A stretch of 64,000 nt of DNA from positions 186,001 to 250,000 of the forward strand of contig NGBS01000295.1 in NCBI GenBank assembly GCA_002245135.1. The letters run 5' to 3'. The notes beneath the pieces are model-generated. The model made no database searches, was not told the origin of the DNA, and saw only the letters and a list, made by a program, of their open reading frames with translations. How positions within the stretch are numbered: position 1 is the stretch's first letter; each line of letters opens with the position of its first letter. Source of the DNA: Proteromonas lacertae. Its lineage: Eukaryota. Of this stretch, positions 41,396-55,900 are shown piece by piece. The position numbers were made by a program, and so were the translations under genes.

Positions 41396-43159
41396 TCATT
41401 TTGATCCATAAATCATACAATCATTGCATATAGCTAACTCTCTAATAAACAATTTTCCCATCTCTTCATCTAACTCTTTCATCAATTTATCAATTTCAAT
41501 GATAATAGAATCATCACTTTCACTATTAGCGATTTTCTCAAAAGCACTAATATTGATTTTCAATTGATTTAACACTTGTTCACGTTTCTTTAAGAATGAA
41601 TCGATCTTTAAAGTATGAAATAAATTTTTATTCAATTCAACTGATTGATTATCTAAAGCGACTTTCATATTATCATATTTCTTTATCTCTGATTCTTCTG
41701 TTGCATCTCTTTTATTGTTTTTACAATCTAGTTTATCTTTGTCAAGTTTAGTCTTTTGTTTTTTCAACTCATTATTTTGATAAGTAACATATTCCTTTGC
41801 TTTTTTTATCATTTCAATTTCTTCATTATACTATTATTTAATATATAAAAAATATTTTACTTTTTCTTCATATTTTGATTTTTGCTTTTGATTTGCAACT
41901 TTTGTAAATCTTATAGCACTAGTTCTAGCTGTTGGTGCAGGGGGTATCTATATATATAATAATAATAATAATAAACAATCATATAACAATAATTATACTT
42001 TCTTATCTGTTGTTATTGATAATACTTCATTCTTTAAATCAGTCATTCTATCAATCTCTTTATGTAAATCATTTATAATTTCTTCTCTATTCTTCACTTC
42101 TTTTTCAATAGTCATAATCTTTATTTTCAATAAATTTATCTCGTTTTCTTTACCTTTTACAGTAGTTCGATATTCATCCCTTTCTTTATCATAATCTTTC
42201 AATTTAATTTTCATCTCATTCATTTCTTTTTCTTTATTTTTAATATCTTCTTCTAAAGAAGATATTTTACAAATTAAAAATGATTGAGCTTTATCATTAT
42301 CTTCTTCTTTACTCTTTTGACTTGATTTAGGACTTGGTTGTGGCTGAAGTTGTGGAATATTTTCAACTGTCTTTCTTATCGGAGGAGGAGGAGAAACAAT
42401 ACTCTTAGGAGTATTACTATTGGCTTTCTTACTTTTCGCTTCTTTAAACATATTTTTGTAATAATTATCACTTGGATTTTCCCAACTACTTTCTCCACTA
42501 ATCATATTGTAATAATAAACATCATTAGAATCCTCAGTATGACAAATAGTCCAATTAGGTGGTAAAGGATTCTATTATAATTATTATTTTATATATATAC
42601 TTTTAATCCTTCTTTAGCAATATAAAAGAATTCTTTATCTGTTGTAGGATTCATTCCGATTCTTATCGCATATTCTGTTAATTCTTTTTCACTTGGTTCA
42701 TATGTTGTAACTGTTATTCCTCCTGGTAATTTTGCAGGACTACTTGGAGTTACATTTGGACTTGTACTTGGACTATCATCCATCTATTAATTATAGATAT
42801 TTTATTCTATATATACATCAATCATTCTTTTCTTTTTGGTAATCTGAAATAATTCTTTATAGAAGTTATCATTTGGATTTTCCCAACTACTTTCACCAGT
42901 TAAAAAGTTATAATAGAATACATCTTCAGTATCTTTGGTTTTACATCTCTTCCATTCAGGTGGCAAAGGAGCCTAAACAGTAAAAAGGTTAATAAAATAC
43001 TCTTAAACAATTTTTGGCAATATAAAAGAAATCTTTGTCTTTCTCAACATCCATTCCCAACCATCTTGCTTGTTCTACAATTTGATCATCGGTAGGTTCA
43101 TAATTTGCATTAATTTGATCATTTAATACAATTATATTATCAGGTACTTCGGCATTCAT
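41396..43159 (-). CDS. Short CEP164-like paralogue with two tandem N-terminal WW modules
   Basis: Module 1 YEPTDDQIVEQARWLGMD...PLPPEWKRC..FYYNFLTGESSWENP; module 2 YEPSEKELTEYAIRIGMNP...PLPPNW..YYNMISGESSWENP; C-terminal AKEY-containing segment shared with the 22863-27620 gene. Confidence 0.75.
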
Positions 43160-43337
43160 TAGCAACGGATCTAAAACAAAAATTCAGGCTTGAATTTTTC
43201 GCAAGCTTTTTGTTTATTCAACAATTCAAATAGTTATATAGGAAATTATTTGTGTATAAGACATTATAATAAATTTTCTTTTGGTTGTTATTCAATAAAA
43301 CTAACTTCATATTATAAATGTTATAAATCTAAAAGTA

Positions 43338-46220
43338 TTATTCAAATTTTACCTCAATTATTTCAATCCAGTCTTCTCTATGGAATAATTCTATCATGGG
43401 ATATATCTTTTCAGGAATATTTTCACATATCACTATACTCTCAGTGTTTTCATATTGAAACTTCATTTCATGTTTATTCATATCATAAATCATTGTGTAT
43501 TCTTTCTTATCACCAGTACAAAGAGGATGATCATGATTACTTTGTTTAATTGATAGAAGTGGTAAATTACCTTCTTTCATATCATGAACTACCCATTGAT
43601 GAAACATGTCACTGAACCAAATACAACTGACTTGATTGCTAAAAAATAATCTCTCAGGACCATCGTATTTTGGTGTAGTAAAAAAACCTAAGATTATCCA
43701 ACCACTATTATACTCTAATTGATATGGATCTTTTTTGTTTTTTTTAGTTTTTCCTAAATTCTGTCTATATCTTATAGAACATACTCCACTATTATTATCA
43801 AGTGAGAAATTAAGGTAACAATATGAATAGAAATGTCTAAATGTTTTTTTAACTGTATAATCATCTGCAAATTCTAAATCTGATCCACAGTTTGTTTGAT
43901 CAAAGTGATATTTTGGATTTCTATTGAATGGAGTATTTAATGTACCTTTTATTCTTGGCTTTTCATCTTCATCTGCTGTTTTAATATTTGATATTACTGT
44001 AATTCTAAAGAAATGTTTTTCTAAATAAATCCTCAATCTTTTCATATATTTCACTTGGATTTGTGATTTATAATTTATTAGGTTATAAATCAGTAATATT
44101 TTAAATGATTCTATGTTATTTTTACTTTCTTTATTAGTATCTTTCACATAATTCTCAACAATTTCGAAGAATTGATCATCAATAAACAAAGTCATACAAA
44201 ATGGTATGTTTTGAATTAAGAAATTTGTAGTTGGAGGATTCTTTTGAATTTCAATATATGCTTCTATTAACAATTCTACTGCCTCTCTTCTTATTATTGA
44301 ATCATCATATGGAAATTTCATTTTAAAATGAAGCAATGTTGAAAGTATAACTAGATAAGTATTAATGTTATATTTACCACTTTTATGAGCTTTCACTGCA
44401 TGAATTACATAATCTATTATATTCTGATAACTAAACTGATTTCTACATTCATCAGTCATTATAGTAAATGGATTATTCATTTTATTTCTTTCTTTATCAA
44501 AAACACTTTCTTCTAATTCTAATACCAATCTATCCATCAATTCATTATTTGTATCTGGAGGTTCATAGTATAATCGAATTGTGGTTGAATAGTTTGATGG
44601 TATTTCTAATTTAGTAACATTCTTGAAGTAATTAATCGATTCTTTATCACAAAGTGAAAAGTCTATTAGATTGAATAAATCTTTAAATTTATCTAATATG
44701 TTTTCTATAGTGAAGTTATGAATGATATAAAATACCATCAGTAGTATTACTATCACAATCAATATAATATAATATTGTATAATGCAAAATTTCACTTTCA
44801 TTACTTATAATCATCTCTGTATTAAGAAGATATTTAAATGATTCGATCGAGAATTCATCAAATTCTATTCATATTAATCATTATTATAGTAATTTTAATT
44901 ATATATATATATTTATATATATATATTCATACTTGTCTTCAGTAATCTATAACCGTTGTATTTTATATAATCATTCAATACAGGCTTTATCTCGTCAGGA
45001 TAATCCCAATTATCAGATGCAGCAATTAATAGTCTTTTCATCATTCTCATATTGAAATGAGTGTTTATATAATTCGCACAATCTATTAATAAGTCTTTCA
45101 ACTCGAAATATGAACTACTCAATAATATATCTATCACATTATTAGAACTCAATTCGATTATCCCATTACCCAAATACTTTATTATCTCGATCAAACCTCT
45201 TCGACTGATTATATTTGGTAATATCACAATTCCATTATTTTCTTCTTCATTCTTCAGTATCTCACAGAATTTATCACTTTCTAAACTTAATAACATCTTG
45301 TTACCTTTCACATTTTCTTCATTAGCATATTGAAACTCGATATCACTCAATCCTTTATTCATTAATTCATTTATATACCCTTCATTAGGTAAAACTCTTT
45401 CTATCTTCATTTCATTTATTATCAACTCTTTTTCTTCTTCTTTTTCTTCTTGTTTGTTATTATCTTCAAGTTTTGGAATTTCTGGTATATTCAATGTGTA
45501 CTGACGATTTACATATTCAGTTTCTTCACAAATATCAAATGGAGTAAGTATTTTCATCTTTTCTATTATATCTTCATCACATTCACCATAATTTATTAAA
45601 CTAAACAGCTCTAACCAATCATCTTCATCTATATCATTTTGATTTCCATCATAAAACGATATACAAATATCTAATACTTCTTTCTCACTAGGAACTTTCA
45701 TATTTTCAATTCTCATTAAATAATATAATTCATCATAATTATCATTTATATTACTCATTATGTCAAAACCATTTTCCATATAATAACAGTTTAATATCTT
45801 CATTAAGTCTTCTTCTTCTTCGATTTCTTTGATTATCAATAAAAACATCTCACCAATTTTTGCATTTAATACACTCTTCAAATATACATATAGTTTCAAT
45901 TTTATATCATCAATATGAAAATAAACGCAACAACAAACAATAGAATAGATATTATCTTCATTCAATTCAATTATTCCATATCCATAATATCTCATTATTT
46001 CTCTCAAACCACTTAAACTAACCAACTCAGAAGGAAACACAAATTCACGACTCTCAGGTTCTTCTTCAAAGATATCTTCAAATTCACATGAACATGCTGA
46101 CAGCAATGATTTTAGACCATCAATTTTATCACTACCATATTTGAAACTAACATCACCTCCAAATTTTTCAGTTGCTTCAATTATATATCTATACTATATC
46201 AAGATTTTTACTATACCCAT
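43338..46220 (-). CDS. BTB-BACK-BTB-helical-SPRY-like protein, copy 1 (diverged 3' exon)
   Basis: ATG at 46220, short intron, GGDVSFKYG..KSLLSACSCEF (BTB 1), SDIEFQY..KMLLSLESDKF (BTB 2), C-terminal YTMIYDMNKHEMKF..IYPMIELF. Confidence 0.7.
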
Positions 46221-46645
46221 TTACACCAAGATTATTTCGAATAATGAAGTTACTCATGAAATATAAAAATATAAAAGATATTATCAACAAACAACTATAT
46301 TGATTGAATCAGATGACAAAATTATTTGAAACATATAATATTTTAGTTTTTAATGGGATGATATTTAATAAAACAAACAAAAGAGAAAAGATGTTTTTTC
46401 AAATATCATTAATATTTACGATATTAAAAGAAGAATGTATATTTAATATAAATATTATTTTCAAAACATTCAATATATACAGATGATGAAGAAAATATTA
46501 TTGATGTAAATTGACATATACCATGTCATAAATGGTAATATGAGTTTTTATTCTCATCTATAGACAATCTATCATAAATCATGTCATTTTTAATAAATTT
46601 AAATGGAAATATATAGATATTTAATATATAATAATAATATGATAT

Positions 46646-49533
46646 CTATTCAAATTTTACCTCAATTATTTCAATCCAGTCTTCTCTATGGAATAATTCT
46701 ATCATGGGATATATCTTTTCAGGAATATTTTCACATATCACTATACTCTCAGTGTTTTCATATTGAAACTTCATTTCATGTTTATTCATATCATAAATCA
46801 TTGTGTATTCTTTCTTATCACCAGTACAAAGAGGATGATCATGATTACTTTGTTTAATTGATGGAAGTGGTAAATTACCTTCTTTCATATCATGAACTAC
46901 CCATTGATGAAATATATTACTAAACCAAATACAACTCATTTTATTACTTAGGAATAGTTTAAATGGTCCTTCATATTTTGGTGTAGTAAAAAAGCCTAAG
47001 ATTATCCAACCATGGTTATAGTCTTTTTCAAATTCATCAGTTTTACTGATATTTCTACTTCCTAAATTCTGTCTATATCTTATAGAACATACTCCACTAT
47101 TATTATCAAGTGAGAAATTAAGGTAACAATATGAATAGAAATGTCGATTTACTTTCTTCATTGTATAATCATCTGCAAATTCTAAATCTGATCCACAGTT
47201 TGTTTGATCAAAGTGATATTTTGGATTTCTATTGAATGGAGTATTTAATGTACCTTTTATTCTTGGCTTTTCATCTTCATCTTGAACTTTAATAGTTGAT
47301 TTTTCTGGAATACTAAAGAAATGTTTTTCTAACCAAAATCTAAATTCTGTTCTATATTTTATATCATATCTAGACTTATAATTGAATAAGTCAAATATCA
47401 ATGACAATTTATATAACATTCTTTTATCATCTGCTTCTTCTTCAGTATTTTCATCAATATACTTTTCCATTGTTGGAATAAATTGATCATCAATAAACAA
47501 AGTCATACAAAATGGTATGTTTTGAATTAAGAAATTTGTAGTTGGAGGATTCTTTTGAATTTCAACATATGCTTCTAATAATAAATTCACAGCATCTTGA
47601 ATTACATCCCATTTATCACATGGAAATTTCATTTTAAAATATATAATTGTTGAAAGTATAATTAAAAACGTATTTATGTTATATTTACCACTTTTATGAG
47701 CTTTCACTGCATGAATTACATAATCTATTATATTCTGATAACTAAACTGATTTCGATATTCATCAGTCATTGTATAAAATGGACTATTCTTTTTGTTCTT
47801 TTGTCTATCAAATACATTTTCTTCTAATTCTAATACCAATCTATCCATCAATTCATTATTTGTATCTGGAGGTTCATAGTATAATCGAATTGTGATTGAA
47901 TAGTTTGATGGTATTTCTAACTTAGTAACATTCTTGAAGTAATTAATCGATTCTTTATCACAAAGTGAAAAGTCTATTAGATTGAATAAATCTTTAAATC
48001 TCTCTAAGATTAATTCTATAGTAATAATAAAATAAATTCAAATACCTTCATCTTGATGATTATTACAATAATCATGATAGTATTCAAGTGTATATCTTAG
48101 AATTTCACTTTCATTACTTATAATCATCTCTGTATTAAGAAGATATTTAAATGATTCGATCGAGAATTCATCAAATTCTATTCATATTAATCATTATTAT
48201 AGTAATTTTAATTATATATATATATTTATATATATATATTCATACTTGTCTTCAGTAATCTATAACCGTTGTATTTTATATAATCATTCAATACAGGCTT
48301 TATCTCGTCAGGATAATCCCAATTATCAGATGCAGCAATTAATAGTCTTTTCATCATTCTCATATTGAAATGAGTGTTTATATAATTCGCACAATCTATT
48401 AATAAGTCTTTCAACTCGAAATATGAACTACTCAATAATATATCTATCACATTATTAGAACTCAATTCGATTATCCCATTACCCAAATACTTTATTATCT
48501 CGATCAAACCTCTTCGACTGATTATATTTGGTAATATCACAATTCCATTATTTTCTTCTTCATTCTTCAGTATCTCACAGAATTTATCACTTTCTAAACT
48601 TAATAACATCTTGTTACCTTTCACATTTTCTTCATTAGCATATTGAAACTCGATATCACTCAATCCTTTATTCATTAATTCATTTATATACCCTTCATTA
48701 GGTAAAACTCTTTCTATCTTCATTTCATTTATTATCAACTCTTTTTCTTCTTCTTTTTCTTCTTGTTTGTTATTATCTTCAAGTTTTGGAATTTCTGGTA
48801 TATTCAATGTGTACTGACGATTTACATATTCAGTTTCTTCACAAATATCAAATGGAGTAAGTATTTTCATCTTTTCTATTATATCTTCATCACATTCACC
48901 ATAATTTATTAAACTAAACAGCTCTAACCAATCATCTTCATCTATATCATTTTGATTTCCATCATAAAACGATATACAAATATCTAATACTTCTTTCTCA
49001 CTAGGAACTTTCATATTTTCAATTCTCATTAAATAATATAATTCATCATAATTATCATTTATATTACTCATTATGTCAAAACCATTTTCCATATAATAAC
49101 AGTTTAATATCTTCATTAAGTCTTCTTCTTCTTCGATTTCTTTGATTATCAATAAAAACATCTCACCAATTTTTGCATTTAATACACTCTTCAAATATAC
49201 ATATAGTTTCAATTTTATATCATCAATATGAAAATAAACGCAACAACAAACAATAGAATAGATATTATCTTCATTCAATTCAATTATTCCATATCCATAA
49301 TATCTCATTATTTCTCTCAAACCACTTAAACTAACCAACTCAGAAGGAAACACAAATTCACGACTCTCAGGTTCTTCTTCAAAGATATCTTCAAATTCAC
49401 ATGAACATGCTGACAGCAATGATTTTAGACCATCAATTTTATCACTACCATATTTGAAACTAACATCACCTCCAAATTTTTCAGTTGCTTCAATTATATA
49501 TCTATACTATATCAAGATTTTTACTATACCCAT
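46646..49533 (-). CDS. BTB-BACK-BTB-helical-SPRY-like protein, copy 2
   Basis: Same structure; ORF translations identical to copy 3. Confidence 0.7.
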
Positions 49534-49958
49534 TTACACCAAGATTATTTCGAATAATGAAGTTACTCATGAAATATAAAAATATAAAAGATATTATCAA
49601 CAAACAACTATATTGATTGAATCAGATGACAAAATTATTTGAAACATATAATATTTTAGTTTTTAATGGGATGATATTTAATAAAACAAACAAAAGAGAA
49701 AAGATGTTTTTTCAAATATCATTAATATTTACGATATTAAAAGAAGAATGTATATTTAATATAAATATTATTTTCAAAACATTCAATATATACAGATGAT
49801 GAAGAAAATATTATTGATGTAAATTGACATATACCATGTCATAAATGGTAATATGAGTTTTTATTCTCATCTATAGACAATCTATCATAAATCATGTCAT
49901 TTTTAATAAATTTAAATGGAAATATATAGATATTTAATATATAATAATAATATGATAT

Positions 49959-52846
49959 CTATTCAAATTTTACCTCAATTATTTCAATCCAGTCTTCTCT
50001 ATGGAATAATTCTATCATGGGATATATCTTTTCAGGAATATTTTCACATATCACTATACTCTCAGTGTTTTCATATTGAAACTTCATTTCATGTTTATTC
50101 ATATCATAAATCATTGTGTATTCTTTCTTATCACCAGTACAAAGAGGATGATCATGATTACTTTGTTTAATTGATGGAAGTGGTAAATTACCTTCTTTCA
50201 TATCATGAACTACCCATTGATGAAATATATTACTAAACCAAATACAACTCATTTTATTACTTAGGAATAGTTTAAATGGTCCTTCATATTTTGGTGTAGT
50301 AAAAAAGCCTAAGATTATCCAACCATGGTTATAGTCTTTTTCAAATTCATCAGTTTTACTGATATTTCTACTTCCTAAATTCTGTCTATATCTTATAGAA
50401 CATACTCCACTATTATTATCAAGTGAGAAATTAAGGTAACAATATGAATAGAAATGTCGATTTACTTTCTTCATTGTATAATCATCTGCAAATTCTAAAT
50501 CTGATCCACAGTTTGTTTGATCAAAGTGATATTTTGGATTTCTATTGAATGGAGTATTTAATGTACCTTTTATTCTTGGCTTTTCATCTTCATCTTGAAC
50601 TTTAATAGTTGATTTTTCTGGAATACTAAAGAAATGTTTTTCTAACCAAAATCTAAATTCTGTTCTATATTTTATATCATATCTAGACTTATAATTGAAT
50701 AAGTCAAATATCAATGACAATTTATATAACATTCTTTTATCATCTGCTTCTTCTTCAGTATTTTCATCAATATACTTTTCCATTGTTGGAATAAATTGAT
50801 CATCAATAAACAAAGTCATACAAAATGGTATGTTTTGAATTAAGAAATTTGTAGTTGGAGGATTCTTTTGAATTTCAACATATGCTTCTAATAATAAATT
50901 CACAGCATCTTGAATTACATCCCATTTATCACATGGAAATTTCATTTTAAAATATATAATTGTTGAAAGTATAATTAAAAACGTATTTATGTTATATTTA
51001 CCACTTTTATGAGCTTTCACTGCATGAATTACATAATCTATTATATTCTGATAACTAAACTGATTTCGATATTCATCAGTCATTGTATAAAATGGACTAT
51101 TCTTTTTGTTCTTTTGTCTATCAAATACATTTTCTTCTAATTCTAATACCAATCTATCCATCAATTCATTATTTGTATCTGGAGGTTCATAGTATAATCG
51201 AATTGTGATTGAATAGTTTGATGGTATTTCTAACTTAGTAACATTCTTGAAGTAATTAATCGATTCTTTATCACAAAGTGAAAAGTCTATTAGATTGAAT
51301 AAATCTTTAAATCTCTCTAAGATTAATTCTATAGTAATAATAAAATAAATTCAAATACCTTCATCTTGATGATTATTACAATAATCATGATAGTATTCAA
51401 GTGTATATCTTAGAATTTCACTTTCATTACTTATAATCATCTCTGTATTAAGAAGATATTTAAATGATTCGATCGAGAATTCATCAAATTCTATTCATAT
51501 TAATCATTATTATAGTAATTTTAATTATATATATATATTTATATATATATATTCATACTTGTCTTCAGTAATCTATAACCGTTGTATTTTATATAATCAT
51601 TCAATACAGGCTTTATCTCGTCAGGATAATCCCAATTATCAGATGCAGCAATTAATAGTCTTTTCATCATTCTCATATTGAAATGAGTGTTTATATAATT
51701 CGCACAATCTATTAATAAGTCTTTCAACTCGAAATATGAACTACTCAATAATATATCTATCACATTATTAGAACTCAATTCGATTATCCCATTACCCAAA
51801 TACTTTATTATCTCGATCAAACCTCTTCGACTGATTATATTTGGTAATATCACAATTCCATTATTTTCTTCTTCATTCTTCAGTATCTCACAGAATTTAT
51901 CACTTTCTAAACTTAATAACATCTTGTTACCTTTCACATTTTCTTCATTAGCATATTGAAACTCGATATCACTCAATCCTTTATTCATTAATTCATTTAT
52001 ATACCCTTCATTAGGTAAAACTCTTTCTATCTTCATTTCATTTATTATCAACTCTTTTTCTTCTTCTTTTTCTTCTTGTTTGTTATTATCTTCAAGTTTT
52101 GGAATTTCTGGTATATTCAATGTGTACTGACGATTTACATATTCAGTTTCTTCACAAATATCAAATGGAGTAAGTATTTTCATCTTTTCTATTATATCTT
52201 CATCACATTCACCATAATTTATTAAACTAAACAGCTCTAACCAATCATCTTCATCTATATCATTTTGATTTCCATCATAAAACGATATACAAATATCTAA
52301 TACTTCTTTCTCACTAGGAACTTTCATATTTTCAATTCTCATTAAATAATATAATTCATCATAATTATCATTTATATTACTCATTATGTCAAAACCATTT
52401 TCCATATAATAACAGTTTAATATCTTCATTAAGTCTTCTTCTTCTTCGATTTCTTTGATTATCAATAAAAACATCTCACCAATTTTTGCATTTAATACAC
52501 TCTTCAAATATACATATAGTTTCAATTTTATATCATCAATATGAAAATAAACGCAACAACAAACAATAGAATAGATATTATCTTCATTCAATTCAATTAT
52601 TCCATATCCATAATATCTCATTATTTCTCTCAAACCACTTAAACTAACCAACTCAGAAGGAAACACAAATTCACGACTCTCAGGTTCTTCTTCAAAGATA
52701 TCTTCAAATTCACATGAACATGCTGACAGCAATGATTTTAGACCATCAATTTTATCACTACCATATTTGAAACTAACATCACCTCCAAATTTTTCAGTTG
52801 CTTCAATTATATATCTATACTATATCAAGATTTTTACTATACCCAT
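49959..52846 (-). CDS. BTB-BACK-BTB-helical-SPRY-like protein, copy 3
   Basis: Same structure; ORF translations identical to copy 2. Confidence 0.7.
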
Positions 52847-53428
52847 TTACACCAAGATTATTTCGAATAATGAAGTTACTCATGAAATATAAAAATATAA
52901 AAGATATTATCAACAAACAACTATATTGATTGAATCAGATGACAAAATTATTTGAAACATATAATATTTTAGTTTTTAATGGGATGATATTTAATAAAAC
53001 AAACAAAAGAGAAAAGATGTTTTTTCAAATATCATTAATATTTACGATATTAAAAGAAGAATGTATATTTAATATAAATATTATTTTCAAAACATTCAAT
53101 ATATACAGATGATGAAGAAAATATTATTGATGTAAATTGACATATACCATGTCATAAATGGTAATATGAGTTTTTCTATTGAATTAATGTAAATATCAAT
53201 GTTTTTATATGAGTAGAAGTATTATTAATCCTGTTTGTACAAACCTTTTGAAGTAAAATTTAAAAACGTTTCATTCATTGTATATATTGTATTATTTTTC
53301 TTTGACATGCTAAAGCAATTTAAAACATTATCTAATTGAAATCTAGTAGTTATTCTATATTTTATAATGTTATCTTACTTTGGGGGTATCGAAATATTAA
53401 TCGAAAAAAACGAATTTTTCATTTTATA

Positions 53429-54217
53429 ATGATGGATGGTGAATTAGAGAGTCTGGTATATTTTCTTGTTATAAAATAGTTAACGCAATTGAAAAACGAA
53501 TTTCAAGATGCGCCGCACTTTGATGAACAAGATCTTTATAGTCGTTTAGGTGTATAGCATTTGACAATAATATTTTAGTTATCAGATTCAGAGGAAGATA
53601 AAGACTTTATAAATACTTTAGCACAAGAGTTATTTTCTGAATTAGTTAGTCATATAGCTTCTTGTGTAGAAACTTTTCAGAAAAAGGACTGGGATGTATA
53701 TTATAACTAATTTTAATACTAGAATCTCCGTATTGCTGCTCACACAATAAAAGGTTCATGTGCAAATTTATCACTTAAAAAAGTATCAAAAGCTGCAGAA
53801 GTATTAGAAAAATCAAGCAGAGCAAGAAACGAAGGTAAAATAGATGATGAACATTACATTCCAATATTTTATGAATTTTTTGAATTATTATTAAATGAAA
53901 TTGATTTATCTTACAAAGACATTAGTAAATTTATCACAGAATATGACAAAGGACCACTTGATAAAGCTATAAAAGAAGGTAAAACAATATTACCAAATGG
54001 AAGTAGTGGTAATAAACCTGTAGAAGTTGTAAATCCACCAGAACCAGAAAAACCTAAAGAAGAACCAAAACCAGAGCCAAAGCAAGCAACAGCTAAAGTA
54101 GCACCAAATGATAATGTAAATACTTCAGCACCATCACCTCCACAACAATCTCAACAACAGAATCAACCAGAAACAAAGAATGGAGGTGGAGGTGGTGGTT
54201 GTTGTATAATTTTTTAG
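53429..54217 (+). CDS. Histidine phosphotransfer (HPt) protein with Pro/Glu-rich linker and C-terminal CaaX (absent from the ORF track)
   Basis: Three short introns; KDWDNLRIAAHTIKGSCANLSLKKVSKAAEVLE (His codon 53741-53743); ends GGGGGGCCIIF*. Confidence 0.85.
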
Positions 54218-54319
54218 GTTATTGTAAATTTAAAAGAATTGTTATTTTTGACTTATTTTATATTATGTATTTCATGCGAATATTGAATGGAATTATAAAA
54301 AATATATATTCATTTTATT

Positions 54320-55816
54320 TTAATAATTTGAAGAACTATCATCTCCCTTATCTGGTTTACCATACTCTATATAATTAGGAGTTTCAGCTGCTCTATATTC
54401 TTCAATCAGTTTCATAACAACTTCTCTTGAATCATCAAATTCAGATAAATCATCCTTAAACATTGGCTGTGATCTGTATTGATCTAAAAATGCTTTTCTA
54501 TCCATTATTTTATCATACTGTTTAATACAATTTTGGAATAACTATAATTTAAGAGAAAAGAGTAAAAATATACTTGTGAAACAGATGTATGATTTGCTAA
54601 CATAAGCCCAGTCACTTTATGAGTTGATTTTATATAAGGAGATCTCTTTGATAATGCCACTTGAATAGATGCTGGTCCCCAAGGTATCCATTTCACTGTT
54701 CCTCTTTCTCTAATCTTCTGCAAGCTCTTATGCACTTCTGTAGGATCTACAACACCTTGAATAATATTTAATATAGATATATAACATCCATTTCGAGGAT
54801 TACTAGAGACCATTATATTCTTTTGTTGTAATAATCTACTCATTACATCTCCAACACTCGTCTTACGAATATCACTAGCAGCGTTCTCTAATGATAAGGG
54901 AGTATATCCTGTCATTAAATAGTGACATCGTGGTGTTGGGATTAAGGAGGCTATTAATCCAACTAAATCATTGTTCATATATCCAGGATATCGTAATGTA
55001 CTAGTACTACTAGCCATTACAGTAGAAACTAATGAATTAATTTGAGTTACTTTTGGATTGCTCAATTTAAGACGTTCTACTGCTATTTTATTCAATGCTG
55101 TGTTATCTAAAACAACTACACAATCGGCATTCAATGTTAATCGTTTAAGGGTCAACAATGAGTTATAAGGTTGTACAACTACATCAGATGCATTTTTGCC
55201 TTGATCTGGAAATACAGAATATGTCTGTATTAACTTTTTGGGGAAATGATCATTTAAATTCTCTAATAAATAACTTCCCATACCTGATCCAGTACCACCT
55301 GCTATACTGTGAGTTAATACAAATCCTTCTAAACTATCACTCATATCTGCTTCTCGATTTATCATATCCATAAGAACTTCATGAGCTTTATCAGCTTGAC
55401 TGTAACCACTTCCCCAGTTATTTCCTGCACCGCCACCAGCTTCAGATACAAAACTATAATAGTAAAAATATTATAATAAATACATGTTTTCTGTATTATA
55501 TAAATCTTTATATTCTGAAGTTCTAATTTCATTTATCACACGAGGTTCAAGATCAAGAAGTAATGCTCTGGGTATATAATGATCATCATCAGCCTATTTC
55601 CATAAATGAAATAAAAAAAGCAGATACTTGATAAAAGAAAACGTCTTTTCTGTCAGTACCATTTATGGCATATTCTTGCAATACTCCATCTGGTGATATA
55701 CCATGTTCTTCTGTTAATCTCTTCCAGAAAGCAGAGCCAACTATTGATAAATGATAAATAATAATACTCTGATTTCCGCATTGACCAACCTGAAGTGTTA
55801 TTATTTCTCTAGGCAT
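54320..55816 (-). CDS. TUBG1: Gamma-tubulin
   Basis: [47 protein letters not shown]. Confidence 0.97.
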
Positions 55817-55900
55817 AGTTATTCTAAGTCTAAATTTAAAATTGATTTGAAATTAGCTTGATTCACTCAAACATTATTTCTTTCATTTCTTTCAATTCAC

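Larger units (their letters stand above)
43337..53175. repeat. Tandem array of three 3313-bp gene-containing units
   Basis: ORFs recur at +3313 (44913/48226/51539; 46646/49959); homology ends near 53175. Confidence 0.97.

Noticed and set aside
46304..46486. 60-aa plus-strand ORF repeated three times (also 49617 and 52930)
   Set aside because: TTG-started AT-rich frame in the duplicated upstream spacer; identity reflects the tandem duplication, not coding constraint
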